Positions 1 through 8,563 of a stretch of DNA of 64,000 nt are shown here, in pieces. The notes under the pieces are model-generated. The model had not been told where the DNA came from. It made no database searches and saw only the letters and a list, made by a program, of their open reading frames with translations. Numbering within the stretch: the first letter of the stretch is position 1; every line of letters begins with the position of its first letter. The position numbers and the translations under genes were made by a program. Source of the stretch: an uncultured Candidatus Rokubacteria bacterium (GTDB lineage: Bacteria; Methylomirabilota; Methylomirabilia; Rokubacteriales; DASRDR01); assembly GCA_963708025.1 (NCBI GenBank), contig CAVPSB010000016.1:32001-96000 (forward strand), read 5' to 3'.

Positions 1-142
1 GCGTGGCGTCGATCACGAGCAGCGCAGGCTCGGTGCCGTCCAACTCGAGCAGGTGCCGAATACATTGCGCTTGCCAGGCAGGAAACGTAGTCCCCTGACA
101 CAGGATCCCGAACCGCAACGGCTTCCGGCCTCCCAGCGACAC
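1..142 (-). CDS. N-terminal part of a hypothetical protein running off the window edge (possibly polysaccharide-related)
   Basis: Manual translation from GTG at 142: MSLGGRKPLRFGILCQGTTFPAWQAQCIRHLLELDGTEPALLVIDAT, open to position 1. Confidence 0.5.
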   Translation of the reverse strand, partial: MSLGGRKPLRFGILCQGTTFPAWQAQCIRHLLELDGTEPALLVIDAT

Positions 143-700
143 TAGAGGTGCTCGAGGCGCCTGCGACAGCAGTGGCTGGCCCCGGGCGGCCGCGCTCGTG
201 TCACCGCCTCTCGGCTGGGGACACGGTCGCCTGCTTGCAGCACGACGGTGTCGTCCGCCCAGGGCGGCCCTCGCGCGTCGCCGGTTCTGCGGCACAGCTC
301 TGGGGAAGCCCAGGTGCAGACCACTGGCGAACGCATATGGCGGGAGGGCCGCTCTCCATCCCCAGGGCCCAGTCCCCCGAGGCTGGGAGGGTGAACTCCA
401 AATCACGAGGCTTCTCGGAAAGGTCGCGAATGTCAGGCTCGACCTGTCATGACGCAAACGCCATGCCCAGCGTCGCCCTTTCTTCGATTGTCTCTGCACT
501 CGTCGGCTCTGGCGGCCTTTCCGACCGCTCCGGCACCTCGCCTACCGGGATCCCTGTGAACGGCGCTGCCGCTCTTGGATAACGGCGGTCAACGGCCTGA
601 GGACGGGCGTGCTCACTCGCTGCCGGACACCCCCTGCCCGCCCCCTCCGCCGGCCCCCGCGTAGCCCGACCTGGCTCCAGGGCGTCCGACCGGTGCCCAT

Positions 701-1264
701 CTACCGCCGCGGCATCCGGCGCTGCGCCTGGATCCGCCGCCGCGGCAACGGCGATCCGTTCGCTGCGAAGGCCCTGACCTCGATGTAGTGCTGCACACCG
801 AACGTCTGGTCCGTACGATGCGCTACCGTCGTCTCGATCCGAACGGGCGGCAGGTCGAAGCGTGGCATCTTGAACTCGACGGCGATCCCGCATTCCGGAC
901 AGGTCTCGGTCACGGGCCCGATCTGCTGGAGAACCGGAGTCGGCTCCGACCCGAGATTCAACTGTCGGATGTCCGGGCCGAGCACGGCAGGCCGCTGTAT
1001 GGGATACACCCAGGCGACCGGCTTCCGCTGCCGGCGATCCGTCTCGCGACGCTCGGTGGCCGGCGCCGCGCCGCCCTGCCGACGCTCGGCGCGCCGCTGG
1101 TCGAGGACCACGACGACCCCCGCGCCCGCGAACCGCTGGCGGAACACCGCGGCGAGCTCAGGATCCTGCACGACGATGAGCCAGCGCGCCCCCGTCGAAT
1201 TCGACACGTCGCTCTTCCTCGCTCCCGCCCTCCCGCCTGGCCCGGATTCGACGTCACCAGCCAT
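701..1264 (-). CDS. hypothetical protein with DQRR..ERR / ERR..DRR Arg motifs and a CPEC motif
   Basis: ORF 701..1378; likely start at ATG 1264 (MAGDVES); protein-like composition; divergent from the cyclase gene. Confidence 0.55.
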   Translation of the reverse strand: MAGDVESGPGGRAGARKSDVSNSTGARWLIVVQDPELAAVFRQRFAGAGVVVVLDQRRAERRQGGAAPATERRETDRRQRKPVAWVYPIQRPAVLGPDIRQLNLGSEPTPVLQQIGPVTETCPECGIAVEFKMPRFDLPPVRIETTVAHRTDQTFGVQHYIEVRAFAANGSPLPRRRIQAQRRMPRR

Positions 1265-1397
1265 GTCGCGAGCATAGCCTATCAGGCCCCGCCAGTCTCC
1301 GCACGTTTCTGCGCACGTTTCCTGCGGACAGGCCACGTCCCGTGATCGTGGGCCAGGCCGACATCGTGGGAGTGGCATCTGATAAGATCAGAGCCTG

Positions 1398-2273
1398 ATG
1401 TCGCAGCTCAGCGCCAAGGCACGCGCGCGCCTGCCGAACACCGCCTTCGCCTACGTGGACTCGAAGGGTCAGCGACGCCTGCCCATCCACGACGAGCCCC
1501 ACGTCCGTAACGCGCTGGCCCGCTTCAACCAGATCAAGTTCGAGGATGACGCGGCCCGCGAGCGGGCTCGCAAGCGGCTGCTGACCGCGGCCAAGAAGCA
1601 CGGACTCGTGCCGATCGGGTTCATCACCGGGCAGCTCACGACCGAGCGGCTACAGGGCGAATCCAGGGCGCGCGCCGCCGTCGCCCACGATCTGCCGACG
1701 GGTCAGGTCACCTTCCTCCTGACCGATATCGAGGATTCCACCGGCCTCCTCCGCCGGCTGGGCGATGGGTACGCCGACCTGCTCGGCGATGTGCGCCGCC
1801 TCCTGCGTCGGGCCGTGCAACGGTCGGGCGGCAGGGAGGTCGACGTTCGCGCCGACGAGCTGTTCGCCGTCTTCAAGCGGCCGGCCGGTGCACTCGATGC
1901 GGCGCTGGCGATGCAGCGGAGCGTCGGGTCACGGGCATGGCCGGACGGGGCCAGGGTGCGAGTCAGGATCGGCATCCACACCGGCCGTCCGACACTGACC
2001 GACAGCGGCTACGTGGGTCTGGCGGTGCACGCTGCCGCCCGCATCTGCGCCGCCGGCCATGGCGGTCAGATCCTTCTCTCGGAAGCCACGGTACGAGCCG
2101 TCGAGGCATCGGTTCCGGTGGGCGTCGGCTTCCGCGCGCTGGGCGATCACCGGCTCCATGGGCTGCCGGAGCCCGAGGCGTTGTTCCAGCTGGAGGCGCC
2201 GGACCTCCCGGCGAGGTTCCCGCCGCCGCGAACCGCCACCAGGTCATCTCGCCGATCGACCGCCGAAGGTTGA
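1398..2273 (+). CDS. DUF6582-like N-terminal domain fused to a class III adenylate/guanylate cyclase domain
   Basis: LPNTAFAY..RLPIHDEPHVRNALARFNQ N-terminus; TFLLTDIEDST, RADELF, VRIGIHTG, VHAAARI and GGQILLS cyclase motifs. Confidence 0.8.
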   Translation: MSQLSAKARARLPNTAFAYVDSKGQRRLPIHDEPHVRNALARFNQIKFEDDAARERARKRLLTAAKKHGLVPIGFITGQLTTERLQGESRARAAVAHDLPTGQVTFLLTDIEDSTGLLRRLGDGYADLLGDVRRLLRRAVQRSGGREVDVRADELFAVFKRPAGALDAALAMQRSVGSRAWPDGARVRVRIGIHTGRPTLTDSGYVGLAVHAAARICAAGHGGQILLSEATVRAVEASVPVGVGFRALGDHRLHGLPEPEALFQLEAPDLPARFPPPRTATRSSRRSTAEG

Positions 2274-2328
2274 ACCTATCTAGCGCATAGCCAGTGCGAA
2301 GCGCGCGGGACGCAGATTCCCGTCAGTG

Positions 2329-2580
2329 CTACTGGACGCCGGCTTCGAGCTTCAGCTCGTCGACTTTCGCCATCCGGCCGTGGATCGGCAGCACGGTCTG
2401 AACGTCGAGCTTGAGCCGCTCGATGTTCTCCCACAAGTTCTTCGTGGACGGATTGATGCGCGGCGTCTGGGTGATGGACGTGCGGGCGCGGAACCCGTCG
2501 GCCACGATCAGGATCTTCTCCTTCGGCAAGTAGCCGATGACGAAGCCGTCGGCGTGCACGTTGTCCCGCAGGACGTGCAC
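2329..2580 (-). pseudogene. C-terminal fragment of an MBL-fold metallo-hydrolase
   Basis: HADGFVIGYLPKEKILIVAD ... ERLKLDVQTVLPIHG is a typical C-terminus; the 5' part is absent. Confidence 0.6.
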
Positions 2581-2581
2581 T

Positions 2582-2884
2582 TGGATCGGCTCGGTGTTCG
2601 TCCCGCTCTTCGGCGTGCTGGCGGCCGACTACCTCGGCGTCCGGGGCCGCTACGAGCCGGCCCAGCTCCTGCGACCGGCCGAGGGGGTGAGCTGGCCGGG
2701 GGCTCACCGCGTGGGGGCTGGGGATCCTGACCTACCTCGCGATCGCCGGGAAGCTCGCCGTGGTGGGGCTGCCGGGCCTGCCGGCCCTCGGCGCCTCACT
2801 CCCGAGCCCCTCGTGGCCGGGCTGGCGTCCCTGGCCCTGAATCGACGGGCCCCGCGGCCGGAACCGTCGGCTCCGGCGCCTTGA
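2582..2884 (+). pseudogene. C-terminal fragment of an NCS1/CytX-like permease (frameshifted)
   Basis: WIGSVFVPLFGVLAADY, then in a shifted frame LTAWGLGILTY...GASLPS; 5' part absent. Confidence 0.55.
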
Positions 2885-2909
2885 CCAGGCGGAGAGAGAC
2901 GGCGGACCG

Positions 2910-4002
2910 TCAGCCGGACACCGGGCTCTGGGGATAGACGCGGAGGCGCTCCCGCGGCAGGACGATCGACAGGGTGTGACCCTCGGCGAGCCCGAAGCGG
3001 CGGACCACCTCGACCGACACGTCGGCCCGCAGCCTGACCTTGTCCGTCCCGCCGCCAACGAGATCGGCGCGGAAGAACGAGCCGAGGAAGGCGAGGCTGT
3101 CGATGCGCGCCGGCAGCGCGTTCTCCTCGCCCCCCTGGACCCCGTGAACGCCGATGTCCTCGGGGCGGATGGCGACGGTCACCCGGGTCCCCGGCGGGTA
3201 GCCGTCGGCCTCGCAGGCCAGCTCCAGCTCACCGCAGCGCACGGTGCCGGGCCGGATGACGGTGCCCGCGACGAAGTTCATGAGCCCGATGAAGTCGGCG
3301 ACGAAGGGGGAGCGCGGCTCGCGGTAGATCTCGAGCGGGCTGCCGATCTGCTCGATCCGGCCCTGGTTCATCACCACGATGCGGTCGGCCATCGTGAGCG
3401 CCTCCTCCTGGTCGTGCGTCACCATGATGGTGGTGACCCGGAGCCGTCGCTGGAGCTGCTTGATCTCGTGGCGGAGGTACACCCGCACCTTGGCGTCGAG
3501 GGCGGACAGCGGCTCGTCGAGCAGGAGGAGGCCGGGCGAGGTGGCCAGGGCGCGGGCCAGCGCCACCCGCTGCTGCTGGCCGCCGGAGAGCTGGGCGGGG
3601 TACTTCGCCGCGTGCTCCTGGAGCGAGACCAGCTCCAGCAGCTCCTGCACCCGCCGGGCGACGTCGGCCCGCCGGGCCTTCTTGTTCTCCAGGCCGTAGG
3701 CGACGTTCTTCCACACGGTCAGGTTCGGGAACAGGGCGTAGGACTGGAAGACGATGCCAAAGTCGCGCTCGGTCGGCGGCAGGGCCGAGATGTCGCGGCC
3801 GGCCTGCTCGATCCGGCCGCTCGTCTGGATGTCGAGGCCGGCGATGGCCCGGAGCAGGGTGGTCTTGCCGCAGCCGGACGGGCCGAGGAAGCAGACGAAC
3901 TCGCCCGGGTAGACCTCCAGCGAGATGCGGTCGAGGGCGGTGAACCCGCCGAACTGCTTGCTGAGGTGCTGAATCCTCAGATAAGGGGGTCAGGCCTTTC
4001 AA
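2910..4002 (-). CDS. phnT: putative 2-aminoethylphosphonate ABC transporter ATP-binding protein (PhnT2-like); start disrupted by a G5 run near 3985
   Basis: Frame stays open upstream of 3716 through YLRIQHLSKQFG..GPSGCGKTT (Walker A); LSGGQQQ; LLLDEP; C-terminal TOBE-like region. Confidence 0.8.
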
Positions 4003-4064
4003 TCTTTCACTCGATAGCCCGACAGCGGGCCCCGCCCGCACGCCTGATTGAAAGGCCTGACCCC
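3986..4064. repeat. REP/REPIN-like element with a perfect 19-bp inverted repeat
   Basis: GGGGTCAGGCCTTTCAATC (3986-4004) and GATTGAAAGGCCTGACCCC (4046-4064). Confidence 0.75.
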
Positions 4065-4067
4065 GCC

Positions 4068-5108
4068 TTACTTCTTCGGTTCCGACTTCATGTCGTAGCG
4101 CTTCTGCCACTCGGCGAGGATGCGGGCCCGGTTGGTGGCGGCCCACTGGAAGTCGTTCTTGGCCATGTGCTGCAGCATGTTGGCGGGCAGGAACTCGATC
4201 GGCTGGGACATCTTCGCGATGGCAACGACCGCGTAGCCCTCGTTGTAGAGCTTCAGGGCCTTGTCGGTGATCGTCCAGTCGACGAACGTCTTGGCCGTCT
4301 CGAGGTTCTTGGTGCCCTTGACGATGGCGGTCGCCTCCATGTCCCACCCGGAGCCTTCCGTGGGGAAGACGATGTCGAGCGGCGCCCCCTGCTTCTTCAT
4401 CCGGGCCGCCCGGAACTCGAAGGAGACCCCGATCGGGTACTCGCCCGCCCCCGCCATCGTGCAGGGCTTGGAGCCGGAGTGCGTGTAGACCGCGACGTTC
4501 TCGTGGAGCGCGTCCATGAACTTCCAGCCCTCGGGCTCGCCGAAGATCTGGAGCCAGCTCGAGACGTCGAGGAAGCCGGTGCCCGACGAGGCCGGGTTGG
4601 GCATGACGATCGTCCCCTTGTAGACGGGCTTGGTCAGGTCCTTCCAGGAGGCGGGCTTGGGCAGGTTCTTCTTCTGGGCCTCGACCGTGTTGAAGCAGAT
4701 GGCGGCGACCCAGGCGTCCATGCCGACCCAGGCCGGCGGATTGTCCTTGTCGCGGAACTGCGCGTCGAGCCGCTCCAGGCCCTTGGGGGCGTAGGGAAGC
4801 AGCATCCCCTCGGGCTTGAGCACGAGCAGGCTCGTCGCGGCCAGACCCCAGATGACGTCCGCCTGCGGATTGGCCTTCTCGGCCAGGAGCTTCGCGGTCA
4901 CGACGCCGGTCGAGTCACGGACCCACTTGATCTCGATGTCGGGGTTGTCCTCGTTGAACCGCGCCGCGTATTTCTTGAGGTCGTCGGCCTCGATCGCGGT
5001 GTAGACCGTCAGGGTCGTCTTCGCCATCGCGCCGCCGGCGACGAGGCCGACCACAGCGACGGCGCCGAGCAGGAATGCACTCAGCCTCACGAAGCTCCGT
5101 TTGGTCAT
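4068..5108 (-). CDS. phnS: putative 2-aminoethylphosphonate ABC transporter substrate-binding protein (PhnS2-like)
   Basis: Signal peptide; LTVYTAIE, WVRDSTG, MPNPASSGTG and YTHSGSKPC motifs; SD GGGAGG before ATG 5108. Confidence 0.85.
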   Translation of the reverse strand: MTKRSFVRLSAFLLGAVAVVGLVAGGAMAKTTLTVYTAIEADDLKKYAARFNEDNPDIEIKWVRDSTGVVTAKLLAEKANPQADVIWGLAATSLLVLKPEGMLLPYAPKGLERLDAQFRDKDNPPAWVGMDAWVAAICFNTVEAQKKNLPKPASWKDLTKPVYKGTIVMPNPASSGTGFLDVSSWLQIFGEPEGWKFMDALHENVAVYTHSGSKPCTMAGAGEYPIGVSFEFRAARMKKQGAPLDIVFPTEGSGWDMEATAIVKGTKNLETAKTFVDWTITDKALKLYNEGYAVVAIAKMSQPIEFLPANMLQHMAKNDFQWAATNRARILAEWQKRYDMKSEPKK

Positions 5109-5154
5109 CGCATCCTCCCTGGAAGAAGGGTCGGGGCGGGTCCGGTATGGCGGA

Positions 5155-5183
5155 AGCATAGAGCCCCCGGCCGCCGCGCGCAA
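5155..5183 (-). promoter_or_regulatory. sigma70-type promoter for phnS
   Basis: TTGCGC-17bp-TATGCT on the minus strand. Confidence 0.45.
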
Positions 5184-5234
5184 GCGGGAAAAGCACTGTA
5201 ATCGGGCCTTCATGGGCCCGTGATCCGGCCGTAA

Positions 5235-6017
5235 CTACTGGGCGATGAACCCCCCGTCCACGACCAGCTCGGTGCCGGTCACGAACGAGGACTCGTCGGA
5301 GGCGAGGAAGAGGGCGGCGAAGGCGATCTCCCGGGGCTGGGCGATCCGGCCGAGCGGGATCCCGCTCCTGAACTCCTTCCGTAGCTCGTCGGTGAGGTAC
5401 GGTGCCTGGAGCGGCGTGTCCACGATCCCGGGGTGGATGATGTTGCAGCGGATCCGGTCCTGGCCAAACTGGATCGCCAGCGACTTGGTCAGGGAGATCA
5501 GGCCCCCCTTGGCCGCGGTGTAGGCGTCCTGGGCCCGGGTGAAGCCGGCCAGGGCCGAGACCGACCCGACGTTGACGATGGACCCCCCGCCGGCCCGCCT
5601 CAGGTGCGGGATGCCGTGCTTGGTCACCCAGAAGACCGACTTGAGGTTGATGGCCATCACCCGGTTCCACTGGGTGTCGTCGGTCTCGAGGACGGAGCGG
5701 TCGCGGTCCTTCCAGAGGACGCCGGCGTTGTTGTAGAGGATGTGCAGCCCGCCGAAGCGGCGGACCGTCTCGGCGATCATCCGCTCGACGTCGGCTTCGA
5801 CCGCCACGTCGCCGGCGACCGCGACGGCCTGGCCCCCGGCCTTCTCCACGAGGGCCACGGTCTCCTCGGCGGCGGCCTTGTCGATGTCGGCCACGCCGAT
5901 CCTCGCCCCGTGCCGCGCGAAGAGGATCGAGGCCTCGCGGCCCATGCCCATCCCGGCCCCGGTGATGAACGCCACCTTGCCGGCCAGTCGCGGTCCCAGC
6001 CCCGCCTCGTCGCTCAT
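5235..6017 (-). CDS. short-chain dehydrogenase/reductase
   Basis: TGAGMGMG, NNAG and YTAAK motifs. Confidence 0.9.
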   Translation of the reverse strand: MSDEAGLGPRLAGKVAFITGAGMGMGREASILFARHGARIGVADIDKAAAEETVALVEKAGGQAVAVAGDVAVEADVERMIAETVRRFGGLHILYNNAGVLWKDRDRSVLETDDTQWNRVMAINLKSVFWVTKHGIPHLRRAGGGSIVNVGSVSALAGFTRAQDAYTAAKGGLISLTKSLAIQFGQDRIRCNIIHPGIVDTPLQAPYLTDELRKEFRSGIPLGRIAQPREIAFAALFLASDESSFVTGTELVVDGGFIAQ

Positions 6018-6037
6018 GACCCTACCCCTCGGCATCA

Positions 6038-6161
6038 GCGCCGGGCCGAGAACCGAGCAGCCCTAGGACGCAGGGAGTCGCCCACCGCAGGCGTATGCCG
6101 CATACGCCGAGGATGGGCGACGACCGAGGACGACGGGATGCGAAGGTTATCGGCACGGCGC
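6038..6161 (+). repeat. structured intergenic repeat family A, copy 1
   Basis: Terminal stem GCGCCGGGCCGA..TCGGCACGGCGC; core GACGCAGGGAGTCGCCCACCGCAGGCGTATGCCGCATACGCCGAGGATGGGCGACG. Confidence 0.9.
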
Positions 6162-7526
6162 TCAGATCCGCTCGAAGTTGCGGGTCAGCTCCCAGCAGGT
6201 GACGGCCTGGTCGAAGGCCTGCTGCTCGAGGCGCGCGGTGTGGAGGTAGTGCTCCACCACCTCCTCGCCGAAGGCGTCCCGCGCCACCCGCGACACCGCC
6301 AGCCCCTCGATCGCCTCGCGGAGCGTCTTCGGCACCTGGGGCAGGCTGGCGTCCTCGTAGGCGTTCCCCTCGTAGACCGCCGGGGGCTTCAGCTTCTTGC
6401 CGAGGCCGTGGAGGCCCGCCGCGATCGTCGCCGCGAAGGCCAGGTAGGGGTTGGCGTCGGCCCCGGGGATCCGGTTCTCCACCCGGAAGCCGCTCCCCTC
6501 GCCGCAGAGCCGGAAGCCGCAGGTCCGGTTGTCCCAGCCCGCCACGATGCGGGTGGGAGCGAACGAGCCGGCCTGGTAGCGCTTGTAGGAGTTGACGTAG
6601 GGCGCGTAGAAGTACGAGAGCTCCCGGGCCATCGCCATCTGGCCGGCCAGCCAGTGGCCGAACAGCGGCGAGCCCATCCGCTTCCCGCGCTCGAAGAAGA
6701 GGTTCCGCTTCCCCGCCGGGTCCCACAGGCTCGAGTGGAGGTGGAACGAGGAGCCGGCCGCGCCCATGTCGTACTTGGCCATGAACGTGACCGACCGGTC
6801 CTGGGCATGGGCGATCTCCTTCACCCCGTGCTTGTAGAGCGTGTGGCGGTCCGCCATCTCGAGCGCCTCGGCGTACCGGAGGTTGATCTCCTCCTGGCCG
6901 CAGCCCCACTCCCCCTTGGAGAACTCGACCGGCACCGCGGCGCCTTCCATCCCGTTCCGGATGGCGCGGACCAGGTCCTCCTCCTTCGTCGTCTGCAGGA
7001 TGTGGTAATCCTCCAGGTACTGGGACACCGGGGTCAGGTCGTGGTAGCGCTTGGTCCGGGCCTCGGCGAAGGACTCCTTGAAGAGGTACAGCTCGAGCTC
7101 GGAGGCGACCATCACGCGGTAGCCCGCCTTCCGGGCGCGCTCGATCTGGCCCTTCAGCACCCAGCGCGGGCTGACCGCGATCGGCTCGCCCTCCTCGGTG
7201 TAGAGGTCACAGAAGACGAGCGCCGTCTTCGTCAGCCACGGGATCCGCCGGAGCGTCGCCAGGTCGGGGACCGCCTTCATGTCCTGGTAGCCGGTCGCCC
7301 ACGACGCGAACTTGTAGCCGGGCAAGGGCTCCATGTCGACGTCGACCGTCAGGAGGTAGGCGCAGGCGTGCACGCCCTCCCCGGCGATGTGCTCGACGAA
7401 GTGGCGGCCGACGACCCGCTTCCCCATCAGGCGTCCCTGCACGTCGGGGAACACGGTGAGGACGGTGTCGATCTCGTCCTGGCGGACGAGCGCGGTCAGC
7501 TCCTTGAGATCGAGGTTCCCGGCCAT
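6162..7526 (-). CDS. glutamine synthetase-like gamma-glutamyl ligase (PuuA/IpuC-type)
   Basis: DVQGRLMGKR, ASELE, GEWGCGQEEIN, FMAK, SSFHLHSSL, NSYKR, DNRT and VENRIPGADANPYLA motifs. Confidence 0.9.
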   Translation of the reverse strand: MAGNLDLKELTALVRQDEIDTVLTVFPDVQGRLMGKRVVGRHFVEHIAGEGVHACAYLLTVDVDMEPLPGYKFASWATGYQDMKAVPDLATLRRIPWLTKTALVFCDLYTEEGEPIAVSPRWVLKGQIERARKAGYRVMVASELELYLFKESFAEARTKRYHDLTPVSQYLEDYHILQTTKEEDLVRAIRNGMEGAAVPVEFSKGEWGCGQEEINLRYAEALEMADRHTLYKHGVKEIAHAQDRSVTFMAKYDMGAAGSSFHLHSSLWDPAGKRNLFFERGKRMGSPLFGHWLAGQMAMARELSYFYAPYVNSYKRYQAGSFAPTRIVAGWDNRTCGFRLCGEGSGFRVENRIPGADANPYLAFAATIAAGLHGLGKKLKPPAVYEGNAYEDASLPQVPKTLREAIEGLAVSRVARDAFGEEVVEHYLHTARLEQQAFDQAVTCWELTRNFERI

Positions 7527-7546
7527 GGGCCTCTCGGCGGCCAGTC

Positions 7547-8362
7547 TCAGTACGTGAAGACGTCCTCTCGCCGATGCTGCAGCGCCGGCAGCGACTGCCG
7601 GATCCGCTCCTGCTCGCCGAAGTCGGCGTCGGCGATGATCACGCCCTCCCGGTACCCGGCTCGGGCCCGGACGACGCCCCACGGGTCCACCACCATCGCG
7701 TTCCCGTAGCAGACGTTGGCGGGAGGGTGCGGCCCGCACTGGGCGGCGGCGAGCACCCAGACCTGGTTCTCGATCGCCCGCGCCCGCAGCAGGACCTCCC
7801 AGTGGTCCTTGCCGGTGTCCATCGTGAAGGCCGAGGGCACCGTGACCAGCCGCGCGCCCTGCGCCGCCAGACGGCGGTAGAGCTCCGGGAACCGGAGGTC
7901 GTAGCAGATGGAGAGCCCGACCGGCGCCCGCCCGAGCTGGGTCACCACCGTCTCGGCGCCGGGGGCGATCGTCGCCGACTCCTGGTAGGTCTTGCCGTCG
8001 ACTTCCACGTCGAAGAGGTGGAGCTTGCGGTAGCGCGCCACCAGGTCCCCGTCCGGGCTCACCGTGATACTGGTGTTGAAGAAGCGCTCCGAACCCTCGA
8101 CCGCCTCCAGGTACGAGCCGCCGACCAGCCAGAAGCGGTACCGCGAGGCCCACCGGCCCAGCAGCTCGGAGGTCTCCCCGGGGATCGGCTCCGCCACCTC
8201 GGCGTGGCGCTTGCGGGGGCCAAGGTAGGTCCACAGCTCGGGCAGGACGACGAGGTCCGGGCCCCAGGCGGCGGCCTGGGCCACGAGCCCCTCGGCCCGC
8301 TCGAGGTTCACCGCCTTGTCATCCTGACTGTTCATCTGCACGAGCGCGACGCGCACGGGCAC
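7547..8362 (-). CDS. carbon-nitrogen hydrolase (nitrilase superfamily, Nit1-like)
   Basis: LPE, YRKLHLFD and ICYDLRFPE give the E-K-C triad; RARAIEN. Confidence 0.9.
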   Translation of the reverse strand: MPVRVALVQMNSQDDKAVNLERAEGLVAQAAAWGPDLVVLPELWTYLGPRKRHAEVAEPIPGETSELLGRWASRYRFWLVGGSYLEAVEGSERFFNTSITVSPDGDLVARYRKLHLFDVEVDGKTYQESATIAPGAETVVTQLGRAPVGLSICYDLRFPELYRRLAAQGARLVTVPSAFTMDTGKDHWEVLLRARAIENQVWVLAAAQCGPHPPANVCYGNAMVVDPWGVVRARAGYREGVIIADADFGEQERIRQSLPALQHRREDVFTY

Positions 8363-8434
8363 CTCCTGGGATCAGGGTGAAGTACCAGCATGGTAGCGCA
8401 CGCGACCGGCCCTGGCCAGCCTTCGTGGCGCCGG

Positions 8435-8563
8435 CTCAGTGCCCGCAAAGACCCCCCGGATGTTCTCAGAGAGCGTGGAAGGAATCGGGGCCTCCTGCTC
8501 CCCCCTCCCCCAGTGGGTGGGGGAGGGGGGCTGGGGGGTGGGAGGGAGGTCCCGAAGATCTCA
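8435..8563. repeat. G/C-tract MITE-like repeat (family B/C), composite, starting at the TGA stop of the M50 gene
   Basis: CCCCCTCCCCCAGTGGGTGGGGGAGGGGGG..GGGAGGTCCCGAA is shared with 16047-16131 and 28457-28547; end GGCACTGAG is shared with 16132 and 33996. Confidence 0.75.

Noticed and set aside
143-700. Short ORFs in the leftmost intergenic region
   Set aside because: No motifs, RBS or codon pattern support any frame.
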